From: Vulcanimicrobiota bacterium
GTDB taxonomy: Bacteria > Vulcanimicrobiota > Vulcanimicrobiia > Vulcanimicrobiales > Vulcanimicrobiaceae
Direction of reading: 5' to 3'
Length of the DNA: 64,000 nucleotides
Assembly (NCBI GenBank): GCA_963777315.1
Contig: CAVZQC010000002.1
Coordinates: 608,001-672,000 of the forward strand
Notes under the pieces: model-generated
The model's input: only the letters and a program-made list of their open reading frames with translations
Told to the model about the DNA's origin: nothing
Database searches by the model: none
Position numbers and translations under genes: made by a program
Part shown: positions 47,405-56,223 of the stretch, in pieces
How the letters are laid out: each line of letters starts with the position of its first letter
Position numbering within the stretch: position 1 is the first letter of the stretch

Positions 47405-47857
47405 GTGGACGCACTCAGATTGCTGAAGGAAGATCACAAGAAAGTCAAGCTGCTGTTCGGCGAGGTCGAAGGCTTGGGCGATCGCGCAAACGCGCAGCGC
47501 AAAAAATTGTTCGCGCGCATCGACAAAGAGCTCACCGTGCACGCAAAAATCGAGGAGACGATCTTTTATCCGGAGTTTCGCCGGCGCGCAGAGAACAGCG
47601 AAGAGCGCGACGAGGTGCTCGAAGCGTACGAAGAGCACGCGATCGTCAAGAACTTGATTCACGAACTGGAAGCGTTGGATCCCAAGGACGAGACGTACAA
47701 GCCCAAGCTGTCGGTCCTCAAAGAACTGGTCAACCACCACGTCAAAGAAGAGGAGGGCCCCATGTTCAAGATGGCGCGCGAGCTCTTCGATAAAGAGGAG
47801 CTGAACGAAATCGGCGAGCGCCTGATGGAAGCCAAACAGGAAATGGGAGCCGCTTAG
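47405..47857 (+). CDS. Hemerythrin (HHE) domain protein
   Basis: LLKEDH, HAKIEETIFYP, EEH, HHVKEEEGPMF; GGAGGA SD before GTG 47405. Confidence 0.88.
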   Translation: MDALRLLKEDHKKVKLLFGEVEGLGDRANAQRKKLFARIDKELTVHAKIEETIFYPEFRRRAENSEERDEVLEAYEEHAIVKNLIHELEALDPKDETYKPKLSVLKELVNHHVKEEEGPMFKMARELFDKEELNEIGERLMEAKQEMGAA

Positions 47858-47872
47858 CGCGGCTCCCATTTC
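47840..47872. terminator. Bidirectional terminator-like hairpin between convergent genes
   Basis: Perfect 14-bp stem GAAATGGGAGCCGC / loop TTAGC / GCGGCTCCCATTTC. Confidence 0.7.
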
Positions 47873-47878
47873 TTCACG

Positions 47879-48661
47879 TCAGGGCGACGCTGTCGGACAC
47901 ACGACCGGAGGCGGCGTCGGCCCGACCGGCGGCGGTCCTCCTCCGCCGGGCGGCGTACCGGCATTTAGCGGCGGAACACTGCTGCCGCCGTGGCCGGCCA
48001 GCAGTGCGACTATTGGGATCAGCAGCAGAGGCCACCAACCCATGCGATGCGCTGGAGGAGTCGACGCGGCGACGCTTTGATACGGCATCGGCGTGGCTGC
48101 AGGCGGTGCAGGCATTGCAACGGCTGGAGCAGGGGCCGGCGGCGGTGCCGCGACTTGCGGAGGAGCCGTTGCGGCGGCGGCGACTGCTACCGGGTGCGGG
48201 CGCGCTGCTTTTGCGACCATCGGCACGCTGCGTCGCAGCAGTGAAAGATTGGCGCAGCGTGCCGGCACGAAGATCGCCAGGACTTGATTGCCCTCGCGCA
48301 GGTCGACTTCCCATCCTTTGGTCCGAGCGGGGATGATGACGTCGCGAACGACGTGGACTTGTCCGCCGCTTGCCCAGCTCATTGCGTCGAGATGGCGCGG
48401 GACGGTAACGTACGTCAATTGCTTGGCTGCGATGCGCGTTGCGAATTGTGAAAACTCGTCGGGCGTGAGTCCGAGTTTGAGCCCGGCGTTTTCGAAGAGC
48501 GCACGCTGGCGGGATACGTCGGCTTGGAGTTGCGGTGTCGAAGTGATTTGGCCGAGCAAAGGCGCAGAGCCCAGTTCCGCGATGACGTGCGGTTGCGCAA
48601 ATGCCGGGAGCGGAAGCGCTGCGCTAAGCAGCACAGCAAACATGATGCGGGCGATTTTCAC
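47879..48661 (-). CDS. Exported Pro/Ala-rich membrane-anchored hypothetical protein
   Basis: Signal peptide ending AFA, globular region (...PARCANLSL), Pro/Ala linker, TM WWPLLLIPIVALLA, Pro/Gly tail. Confidence 0.7.
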   Translation of the reverse strand: MKIARIMFAVLLSAALPLPAFAQPHVIAELGSAPLLGQITSTPQLQADVSRQRALFENAGLKLGLTPDEFSQFATRIAAKQLTYVTVPRHLDAMSWASGGQVHVVRDVIIPARTKGWEVDLREGNQVLAIFVPARCANLSLLRRSVPMVAKAARPHPVAVAAAATAPPQVAAPPPAPAPAVAMPAPPAATPMPYQSVAASTPPAHRMGWWPLLLIPIVALLAGHGGSSVPPLNAGTPPGGGGPPPVGPTPPPVVCPTASP

Positions 48662-49151
48662 TGTGGTCTTCCTTATCGTGCGAGCGTTACACATAGAATA
48701 CCCTGGCTAGGCTGCTTTTGGTTTGGGCATTACGGGATGGGACACAGTCCCAACGGGCTGGCACAAGCCCTTGCCTGCGGTCCCAAACGTCCTATCGGAG
48801 CAATGTCGAGCTCATGCTACGTTGTCAGCACTCGGCAGACGATCGATAACGCGATCCTGACGGGTCGTTATCCCGGCAAAGAGAACGTCCGCGAGCCGCC
48901 CGGCCTTCCCCCAGGACGCGCGGCATACCGTCCGGTGCAACGGACGTTTTCCGAGCAGTGCGGCGATGACGTGCGGGCAGAGAGGCTGACGGATGAAATC
49001 CGTCGGCCTGCTCGCATTTTATGGCACTTCGGTGCGCGCGATACCTGCACGGCGCCCGCGCATTTGCCGCAGGAAAAGCGCGAAAAAAGCGGTACAGCAA
49101 GGCGAAAAATAGCGCTTTTTGCATCACCCGGATCAGCATGAGAGGAAGCCG

Positions 49152-49571
49152 ATGAATAAAGTCGATTTGGTTCGCACGGCGATGGAGCGGTCTGAAATGT
49201 CGCGAAGGGACGCGGTCGCGTTGATCGACGGCGTTTTCGAAGACATTCAAGGCGCGGTGTGCTCGGGCGAAGCGGTGAAGATCCCCGGATTCGGACAGTT
49301 CAAAGTTCGGGATCGCGCCGCACGCGTCGCGCGCAATCCCGCTACCGGCGAGCCGGTCAAGGTCCCCGCGAAGCGCGTGTTCAAATTCTTGCCGGCCAAA
49401 GCACTCAAGGAAGCGGTGATGTCGCGCAAAGGCGGGGCCAGGGCTGGAGCAGGGCGCAAAGGCGCGGCCAAGCCGTCCGCTCGCAAAGGCGCAAAAAAGG
49501 GAACGGCGCGCAGTGCTGCGCCGGCGCGGAAAACCGGCGCGAAAAAATCGAGCGGGCGCAAAAAGCGCTAG
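49152..49571 (+). CDS. hup: HU-family nucleoid protein with basic Lys/Ala/Arg-rich C-terminal tail
   Basis: MNKVDL, VKIPGFGQF, RAARVARNPATGE, KFLPAKALKEAV, followed by about 47 aa of RKGA/AKK-type tail. Confidence 0.88.
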   Translation: MNKVDLVRTAMERSEMSRRDAVALIDGVFEDIQGAVCSGEAVKIPGFGQFKVRDRAARVARNPATGEPVKVPAKRVFKFLPAKALKEAVMSRKGGARAGAGRKGAAKPSARKGAKKGTARSAAPARKTGAKKSSGRKKR

Positions 49572-51234
49572 CAAGCTCGCTCGTCTTACTGCGGCTCGCA
49601 CCGCAGTCGTAATCTGTTTGCTGGCGGCGGCCGGCTGCGCGCAAAATGCACGCGCCGGCTTGCCGTTGCGCCGGTACGCTGAGTCCGGCATCTTCCCGGT
49701 TGTCCCGTATCCGCAGACGATTCGCAGCCGCAGCGGGGTCTACGTCTGGCCGGCCGGAAGTTCGCCGAGCGATTCGGCCCGCGCGAGCATTCGTACGTTT
49801 CGTATCCCGCTGCGCGGCTTGCATCGCAGCGGCGCGTACTCTCTCGACGTGCGGCCCGGCGGAATTCGTATCAGTGCAGCCGATGCGGCCGGCCTGTTTT
49901 ACGGGCGCGAGACGCTGGCTCAAATCACGCTGCGGCAAGGTGATCGTTTCGCAACGCCCGCCGTGCGCATCGAGGATGCGCCGCGATATGCTTGGCGCGG
50001 CATTCACCTCGACGTGGCGCGCCGGTATTTTCCACTGCCGACGCTCGAGAAATTCGTCGTGCTCGCCGCCCGCTACAAACTCAACGTCGTTCACCTGCAC
50101 TTCACCGACGATCAGGCATGGCGTTTGCCGAGTGTTGCGTATCCCCGCTTGCCATCGGTGCTTCACTATACGCGCGCGCAGCTGAAAGCCCTGAACGTAT
50201 TCGCCGCTCGGCATTTCGTCACGATCGTTCCCGAAGTCGATCTGCCTGCACACAGCGCGGCAGCGATCCGCGCCTACCCGGCCCTGGCGTGCGGTTCGAG
50301 CAGCGAGCTGTGCCCGTCGCGCGCGAGCCGATTCGCCGGCACGATCGCACACGAGCTCGTGCGCATGTTTCCCGGTTCCTGGATCCATTTCGGCGGCGAC
50401 GAAGTGCAGACGTGGACGGCCACGCAGCGTGCGCAGTTCGAAGCAAACGTCGCTGCTGGCGCGCACGCGCTAGGGCGCACGCCGGTGCTTTGGGACGACG
50501 AAGCAGACGTAGCGCCCGCGCAAGCCGCGATCATGGTTTGGCATTTGGGCCGAGCGGAGCAGCGCGCTGCGCGCGGCTCGCACCGAATCGTGCAGGCCCC
50601 GGACGGACCGCTGTATTTCAACGCCGCGCAAGGCGAGCCGGCGCAGGAACCGCCGGCCAGCCGTTACGTTTCCACTTTGGAACAGGTGTACGCGTACGAT
50701 GCAGTCGGTTCGTTTTACGGGATCGAAGCTACGATGTGGACCGAAAAAATCGCTACGGAGCGCGCACTGTGGTACATGCTGTTACCTCGCGAGATCGCGC
50801 TGGCCGAAGTAGCTTGGACGCAGCCGCAGCATAAAAGCTGGGCACGCTTTTACCGCGGGCTGCCCGCGCAGCTGGCGTGGCTGGACGGACATGGATACTC
50901 CGCGCGCATTCCCAACGTGATGTTCCGCGTCCAAAACGCCGGTACGCGATATGCAAGCGTCACGGGCCGGATGAATGCGGCATCTGCAAATGTACCCAAC
51001 GGGACGGCGAGCATCGCGCTAGATGAAGCGATGCCCGGAGCGGTCTTGTGGTATCGCAGGTCGGCGCGCGGGTCTTGGCAGCGCTATCGTGGCCGGTTTA
51101 CCGTTGCTTGCGGTGCAGAAGTGGACGCATACGCGTCGGCCGGTGGGCGCAGCGGTGCCGTTTCACAGTTGATGACCCGCTGCAGCGGCGCCGCAGCGGG
51201 ATCGACGGCATTCGACGGCATAGTTTCACCATAG
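49513..51234 (+). CDS. GH20 beta-N-acetylhexosaminidase (possible lipoprotein; start uncertain)
   Basis: IEDAPRYAWRGIHLDVARRY, HLHFTDDQAWR, PEVDLPAH, HFGGDEV, MWTE, LLPR..ALAEVAW; lipobox-like LAAAGC. Confidence 0.85.
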   Translation: MLRRRGKPARKNRAGAKSASKLARLTAARTAVVICLLAAAGCAQNARAGLPLRRYAESGIFPVVPYPQTIRSRSGVYVWPAGSSPSDSARASIRTFRIPLRGLHRSGAYSLDVRPGGIRISAADAAGLFYGRETLAQITLRQGDRFATPAVRIEDAPRYAWRGIHLDVARRYFPLPTLEKFVVLAARYKLNVVHLHFTDDQAWRLPSVAYPRLPSVLHYTRAQLKALNVFAARHFVTIVPEVDLPAHSAAAIRAYPALACGSSSELCPSRASRFAGTIAHELVRMFPGSWIHFGGDEVQTWTATQRAQFEANVAAGAHALGRTPVLWDDEADVAPAQAAIMVWHLGRAEQRAARGSHRIVQAPDGPLYFNAAQGEPAQEPPASRYVSTLEQVYAYDAVGSFYGIEATMWTEKIATERALWYMLLPREIALAEVAWTQPQHKSWARFYRGLPAQLAWLDGHGYSARIPNVMFRVQNAGTRYASVTGRMNAASANVPNGTASIALDEAMPGAVLWYRRSARGSWQRYRGRFTVACGAEVDAYASAGGRSGAVSQLMTRCSGAAAGSTAFDGIVSP

Positions 51235-51907
51235 ATGATCAGGCTTTGGATTACTCTGAGCGCAGTGTTGATCGTTTGTTGGACAAGTGCGCGCGCCGCC
51301 ACGATTCGGGTTGCCGGCGACTATATCATTATAACGGGCAGGCTGAATGCCGGAGACGAGAGTCAGTTCCAGTCCGCGCTCGCTACCGATCCGTCCATTA
51401 CGATGGTCGTGCTTTACGATTCACCCGGCGGCAACGGTTCGGCGATGCAAGCGCTTTCGGCGATGATTCGGCAACACGGCATGAGCACCGGCGTCGCAGG
51501 CTACTGCACCTCAGCCTGCGCCATGGTTTTTTTGAGCGGCGCACAGCGGTATTTCACCGACCTCGCTCCCGTGCGTGACACCTCGCTTGGATTTCACGGC
51601 AGCTATCGCCCCGGAGGCACGCTCGCGAGCGAAGTGCAGGCTTCGAATGATCGCCGGCATGATAATGGACGAAACCGGCGGCAAAGCGGATGCGGCGCTC
51701 GTGCAGCACTGGACGCATCTACCCAGTCCCGGCATGACCGTGCGATTCGCGTATCCCGGCGATCCGCCTAAGGGCGTGACGGTCTTCGAATGCGCCGGAC
51801 ACCGCCGGTCGCTATCGGACTACAGCACGTGCACGCCCGTTCCGGGGCATGATGCGCTAAGCATGGGCATCATCACGTCCGTCAAGATTCTGCACCTTAA
51901 TCCATAG
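51235..51907 (+). CDS. Exported ClpP/crotonase-like hypothetical protein (COG3904-like); +1 frameshift near 51637
   Basis: Signal peptide, DSPGG, CTSACAMVFLSG..R, LGFH; coding continues in ORF 51575..51907. Confidence 0.6.
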
Positions 51908-51912
51908 CTGGC

Positions 51913-54393
51913 TTAGGGAAGGGCGCGCGCGTCGACGCGCACGGCGGTACCGGCTGCAAACTTCACGTACGTCACCGGTCCATACCGGTCCGTGCCCGCA
52001 CTCCAGCCCCAGCCGGCTGCGCTTTCGAGCGCACCTTCATCGGCATGGCGAGGCGCAGGTGTTCCGTCGAGCGCAACGCGATGCGCCGACAGGCCGTGCA
52101 GGCGGAGGACGAATTCGCGCAATTGCGGCCGGTAGCTGCCGGTAGGGGAACCGGCGAGGAACTCTACAGAATCGTCGCGGCGTGCAACGGCGAGCCGCTG
52201 TTCGTAGTACACGCCCTTTTCGTACGCATACGAAACGCCGTCGTCATCGTAATAGTCGAACGAACTTGTCGCATCTGCAGGGAACACGTCCAGATACACG
52301 CGCGTCACGGGACGTTCGCCGACGTATTGGGCGACGTTTTGCGTAGGAACGATCGCGCCCGAGCGCACGAACAGCGGAATGTCGGCCCACGTGCTCGGGT
52401 CGACGGCGTAATCGATCGTCTTGGGCCCCATGTAGCGCGTCCCGCGGAAATAGTCCAACCAGACGCCTTTGGGCAAATAGACGCTGCGATGCGCCTGCCC
52501 TTGGCCGAAAACCGGCGCAACGAGCAGCTCGTCTCCGAACATCCACTCGTCCGTTACCCAACGCGCGTCTCCATCGTCCGGAAAGTCCCAAATCAACGGC
52601 CGCACGATCCCCGCGCCCGTGAGGTTTGCTTGCCGCTCGTATGCGTACATGTACGGCATCAGCTGATAGCGCAGATCGATTGCCGCCTTTGCAACCTGCT
52701 CGGCATGCGGGCCGTAGACCCAAGGCTGGCGCTTCTCGCCCAGCGTTCCGTGCACGCGCATGATCGGCACGAATGCCGCGAACTGCATCCAGCGCGCGTA
52801 GTTTTCGCCGTCGGGATGCCCGTCGAAACCGCCGGTGTCCATGCTCCAATGCGGTTCTGCCAAGTCGATCGTTCCCAGCATGCGAATCGCCTGCTCTCGC
52901 ATCGAGTCGAAGCTGGTTTCGACATCGCCGGACCACTGCGCGTACGCGTAGCGCTGCGCGCCCAGATAAAAATTGCGGTTGAGCGACCAAACGCGACGGT
53001 CGCCGTGAGAACGCGCGCCCTCGTACATCGCGCGCTCCATGTTCAAATGCTGAAAGTTCGGAAACCGCACGAAACCTTCGTCCAAGGGGCTTCCGAGGGC
53101 ATCGGCCTCATCGTTCCAAAAACCGGCGATCCCGGCGCGATATGCCGACAGCATGTGCCGCCAGAACCATGCGCGCGCGAGCGGCCTGGAGAAGTCGACG
53201 TCCAGCGCCTGACGTCCGGAAAAATAGTCGGTATACGGTCTTTCCCACGAGAAGAACAGCCGGTGCGCAAAAGCGAACCGCGCCGCCGCATCGACGCGGT
53301 GCGAAGCGTCGTACAGCAAGATGCGCGGCTTGTAGATGCCCGCGACGTGCACGCCCAATGCGGCCAGCGTGCGCGCAAATGCGCCGGACGCACCGTCTGG
53401 GAACAGATCGGGGTGCACGTTGCCCGGTGCGCGCGTACTGTTCCAGCGCCATTCGCCGTAGTGGTCTTCGCCCCACGCTTTCCAGTCGAAGTCCAGGATG
53501 AATGCGTCGAGCGGAATCTGCTTGGCGCGGTAGGTGCGCACGATACGCTCGACTTCGCTTTGCGACGAGCCCCACTGGCTGTTCATGAAGCCGAGCGACC
53601 ATTTGGGCATCATCGGCGGATGACCGCTGATGTCCGCGACGGCGTGCATGATGGTTTTCGGATCGCCCACGATCGCGTAGTAGACGACGTCCCTGCGGGA
53701 ACCATGTTCGAACCGGATTCCGCCGCGTGTGTCGAACCTGCCGCCGTCCGAATCGACGAGCAAGCCGTAACGCGTCGTGTACACCAGCGGAGCGCCGCCG
53801 TCGCCCTGCTCGCCCGCGCTCACGACGCCGCCTAAGCGCGCGATGCCCAAGCGAATGTCCTGAGCGGCGTTGACGTTGTCGCCGGGAAGGCTCGTATTGT
53901 CGATGCCGAAGAGCGTGCCGTCCCACGGACGCGTGAAGCGAACCGCGCCCGGATGCACGCCTTGCGTCTGCGGTTCTTGCACGAGTAAATGACGCGCGGC
54001 ATCGTACAGCGAGAGCCGAACGGGATCTTTGGCGATGGTCACGATCATGCGGCCCGTGGAGATGACGATTGGATTGGAACGCGTATCGATCTGCGCGCGG
54101 ATTTGCGTATCCCATTTACGATTGGGATCCAGCACGAGCGTAGATGCACCGGAGCGCCCCTGCGGCAAGTAGTGCACCCGCACGACGTTGCGTTCGACGA
54201 TTTGCACGATGAGCGTATCGCGTCCGGCACGCAGGGTAACCGTATCGCCCCGCACCGTCAGGCCCGTCATTCGCCCAAGGGCGCCCCCCGCTTGCTCGGC
54301 GGCGGCCTGCGAGCAGGTCACCGCCGAGGCGGCGAGCGTCGATAGCGCAAATACCAGCGCGGCTGTGCACGTTCCGCGGTATGGATCGCCCAT
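51913..54393 (-). CDS. Secreted GH31 glycoside hydrolase
   Basis: PKWSLG, LDFDW, nucleophile FWNDE, QRY..WSGD, DTGGF, RWMQFAAF.P.MRVHG, RPL..DFP.D, YDDDG. Confidence 0.9.
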   Translation of the reverse strand: MGDPYRGTCTAALVFALSTLAASAVTCSQAAAEQAGGALGRMTGLTVRGDTVTLRAGRDTLIVQIVERNVVRVHYLPQGRSGASTLVLDPNRKWDTQIRAQIDTRSNPIVISTGRMIVTIAKDPVRLSLYDAARHLLVQEPQTQGVHPGAVRFTRPWDGTLFGIDNTSLPGDNVNAAQDIRLGIARLGGVVSAGEQGDGGAPLVYTTRYGLLVDSDGGRFDTRGGIRFEHGSRRDVVYYAIVGDPKTIMHAVADISGHPPMMPKWSLGFMNSQWGSSQSEVERIVRTYRAKQIPLDAFILDFDWKAWGEDHYGEWRWNSTRAPGNVHPDLFPDGASGAFARTLAALGVHVAGIYKPRILLYDASHRVDAAARFAFAHRLFFSWERPYTDYFSGRQALDVDFSRPLARAWFWRHMLSAYRAGIAGFWNDEADALGSPLDEGFVRFPNFQHLNMERAMYEGARSHGDRRVWSLNRNFYLGAQRYAYAQWSGDVETSFDSMREQAIRMLGTIDLAEPHWSMDTGGFDGHPDGENYARWMQFAAFVPIMRVHGTLGEKRQPWVYGPHAEQVAKAAIDLRYQLMPYMYAYERQANLTGAGIVRPLIWDFPDDGDARWVTDEWMFGDELLVAPVFGQGQAHRSVYLPKGVWLDYFRGTRYMGPKTIDYAVDPSTWADIPLFVRSGAIVPTQNVAQYVGERPVTRVYLDVFPADATSSFDYYDDDGVSYAYEKGVYYEQRLAVARRDDSVEFLAGSPTGSYRPQLREFVLRLHGLSAHRVALDGTPAPRHADEGALESAAGWGWSAGTDRYGPVTYVKFAAGTAVRVDARALP

Positions 54394-54448
54394 CGGAAAG
54401 CCCTTCGCCGCAGCAAGCGCTCGCACCAGCCCAATTTTCGCTCATCCG

Positions 54449-54475
54449 TGTCGATTTTGGCAGCGCTCGTTCGAC
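54449..54475 (+). promoter_or_regulatory. ECF42-type promoter (TGTCGA-N17-CGAC)
   Basis: TGTCGA at 54449-54454 and CGAC at 54472-54475, directly upstream of the DGPF gene; matches the ECF42 consensus as I recall it (TGTCGA / CG(A/T)C). Confidence 0.7.
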
Positions 54476-54511
54476 GTGTAGATAAACCGCGTAAACAAAG
54501 GAGATGCAATA

Positions 54512-54928
54512 ATGCGATTCATCGTGCTGGTCAAAGCCACTGCGGATTCCGAGGCCGGCGTTTTGCCCACCACCGAGCAATTCGCTGAAATGGGCGCGTT
54601 CAACGAAGAGATGGTCAAAGCGGGCGTGATGCTCGCGGGCGAGGGACTCCAGCCCAGTTCGAAGGGAGCGCGCATTCGCTATTCGGGCACCAAGCACACC
54701 GTGATCGATGGTCCCTTCACCGAAGCCAAAGAACTCGTGGCCGGCTTTTGGCTGATTCAGGTCAAATCGAAGGAAGAAGCGATCCAGTGGCTGTCTCGCG
54801 CGCCAATGGGCGAAGGAGAGGTCGAGATCCGGCAAATCTTCGAAGCCGAAGATTTCGGGGAGGCAGTCACTCCGGAACTGCGTCAAGCTGAAGAGAGAAT
54901 GCGCGCGCAGCTCGGCGGAAAGCCCTAA
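54512..54928 (+). CDS. YciI/DGPF-family protein
   Basis: LAGEGLQPSS, VIDGPFTEAKELVAGFW, VEIRQ; AAGGAG SD. Confidence 0.92.
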   Translation: MRFIVLVKATADSEAGVLPTTEQFAEMGAFNEEMVKAGVMLAGEGLQPSSKGARIRYSGTKHTVIDGPFTEAKELVAGFWLIQVKSKEEAIQWLSRAPMGEGEVEIRQIFEAEDFGEAVTPELRQAEERMRAQLGGKP

Positions 54929-54929
54929 T

Positions 54930-56223
54930 GTGTCCGGTTGCGTGACCAGGCCGGATATCGCTCGCACGATCGACGCGATCTGGCGGATCGAGTCGGCGAA
55001 GCTGATTGCCTGCCTGGCACGCATCGTACGCGACGTCGGTGTCGCCGAAGAGGTGGCGCAGGACGCGTTCGTCGCCGCGCTCGAGCAGTGGCCGCAGTCC
55101 GGCGTTCCCGCTAAGCCGGGTGCGTGGCTGATGGCCACGGCAAAGCATCGCGCGATCGACCGGCTGCGGCGAGATACGTTGCTCGCGCACAAGCGCGAGC
55201 AACTCGGCCGCGAGCTGGCGCGAGTGCAAGCGGTTACTGCGGGTTTCGACGACGCCGACGACGGCGACGATCTGACGCGCCTTGTTTTCATCACGTGTCA
55301 CCCGATTCTGTCTAAGCCCGCACGCGTTGCGCTCACGCTGCGCCTGCTCGGCGGTTTGAAGACCGACGAAATCGCGCGCGCTTTTCTGGCTGCGGAGGCC
55401 ACGATCGCCCAGCGGATCGTGCGCGCCAAACGCACGCTCTCGGAAGCGCGGATTCCATTCGAACTGCCCGGCGCGCAAGAGCGATCGCAGCGCTTGTCGT
55501 CGGTGCTCGAAGTGATCTATTTGATTTTCAACGAGGGTTATTCGGCGACCGCCGGTGACGACTGGCTGCGCCCGGATCTGTGCGAGGATGCGCTGCGGAT
55601 GGGCCGCGTCGTGGCCGAGCTCATGCCGCAGGAACCCGAAGTGCATGGCCTTGCAGCTTTGATGGAAATCCAGAGCTTCACGCCTGCGAGCACGCACGAA
55701 CGCGGCAGGCAAACCCATCCTGCTGCTCGATCAAGATCGCACCCGCTGGGACCGGCTGCTGATCGGGCGCGGCCTTGCATCGCTCGAGCGTGCCCAACGC
55801 ATTGGCGGCCCGCTCGGACCTTACGCGCTGCAAGCGCACATTGCCGCATGCCACGCACAAGCTTCCTCGGCGGCCGATACGGATTGGGCGCGAATCGTCG
55901 CGCTCTACGATGCGCTCGCGCAGCTCACGCCTTCGCCCGTCGTGGAGCTGAATCGCGCAATCGCCGTTGCCATGGCATTCGGCCCCGTCGCGGGTTTGGA
56001 GCTGGTCGATGCTCTGGTTCACGAACCTGCGCTCGAAAGGTATCATCTGCTGCCCAGCGTGCGTGGCGATCTGCTGGAAAAGGTCGGCCGTCCGAGCGAG
56101 GCGCGAACCGAGTTCGAGCGCGCGGCGTCGCTTACGCGCAACGCGCCCGAACGTCGGCTTCTGCTCGAACGGGCCGCCAAATGCGAGCGCGCACTCAGCG
56201 CAGATACTTGGCGAACCAATTGA
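54930..56223 (+). CDS. ECF42-type sigma factor with C-terminal TPR extension; +1 frameshift at ~55674
   Basis: AEEVAQDAF..A..WP..GVP..PGAWL, CHP.L, YLIFNEGY; after removing A55674 it reads IQASRLRAR...LDQDRTRWD...GPYALQA.IAACH...SPVVELNRAIA. Confidence 0.85.

Noticed and set aside
48759..48774. Sigma-54-like TGGCAC...TTGC
   Set aside because: GG-to-GC spacing is 11 nt; sigma-54 strictly needs 10.
37075..55680. Programmed ribosomal frameshifting at the three shift sites
   Set aside because: No shared slippery sequence or stimulator, and ECF42 sigmas are normally continuous ORFs.
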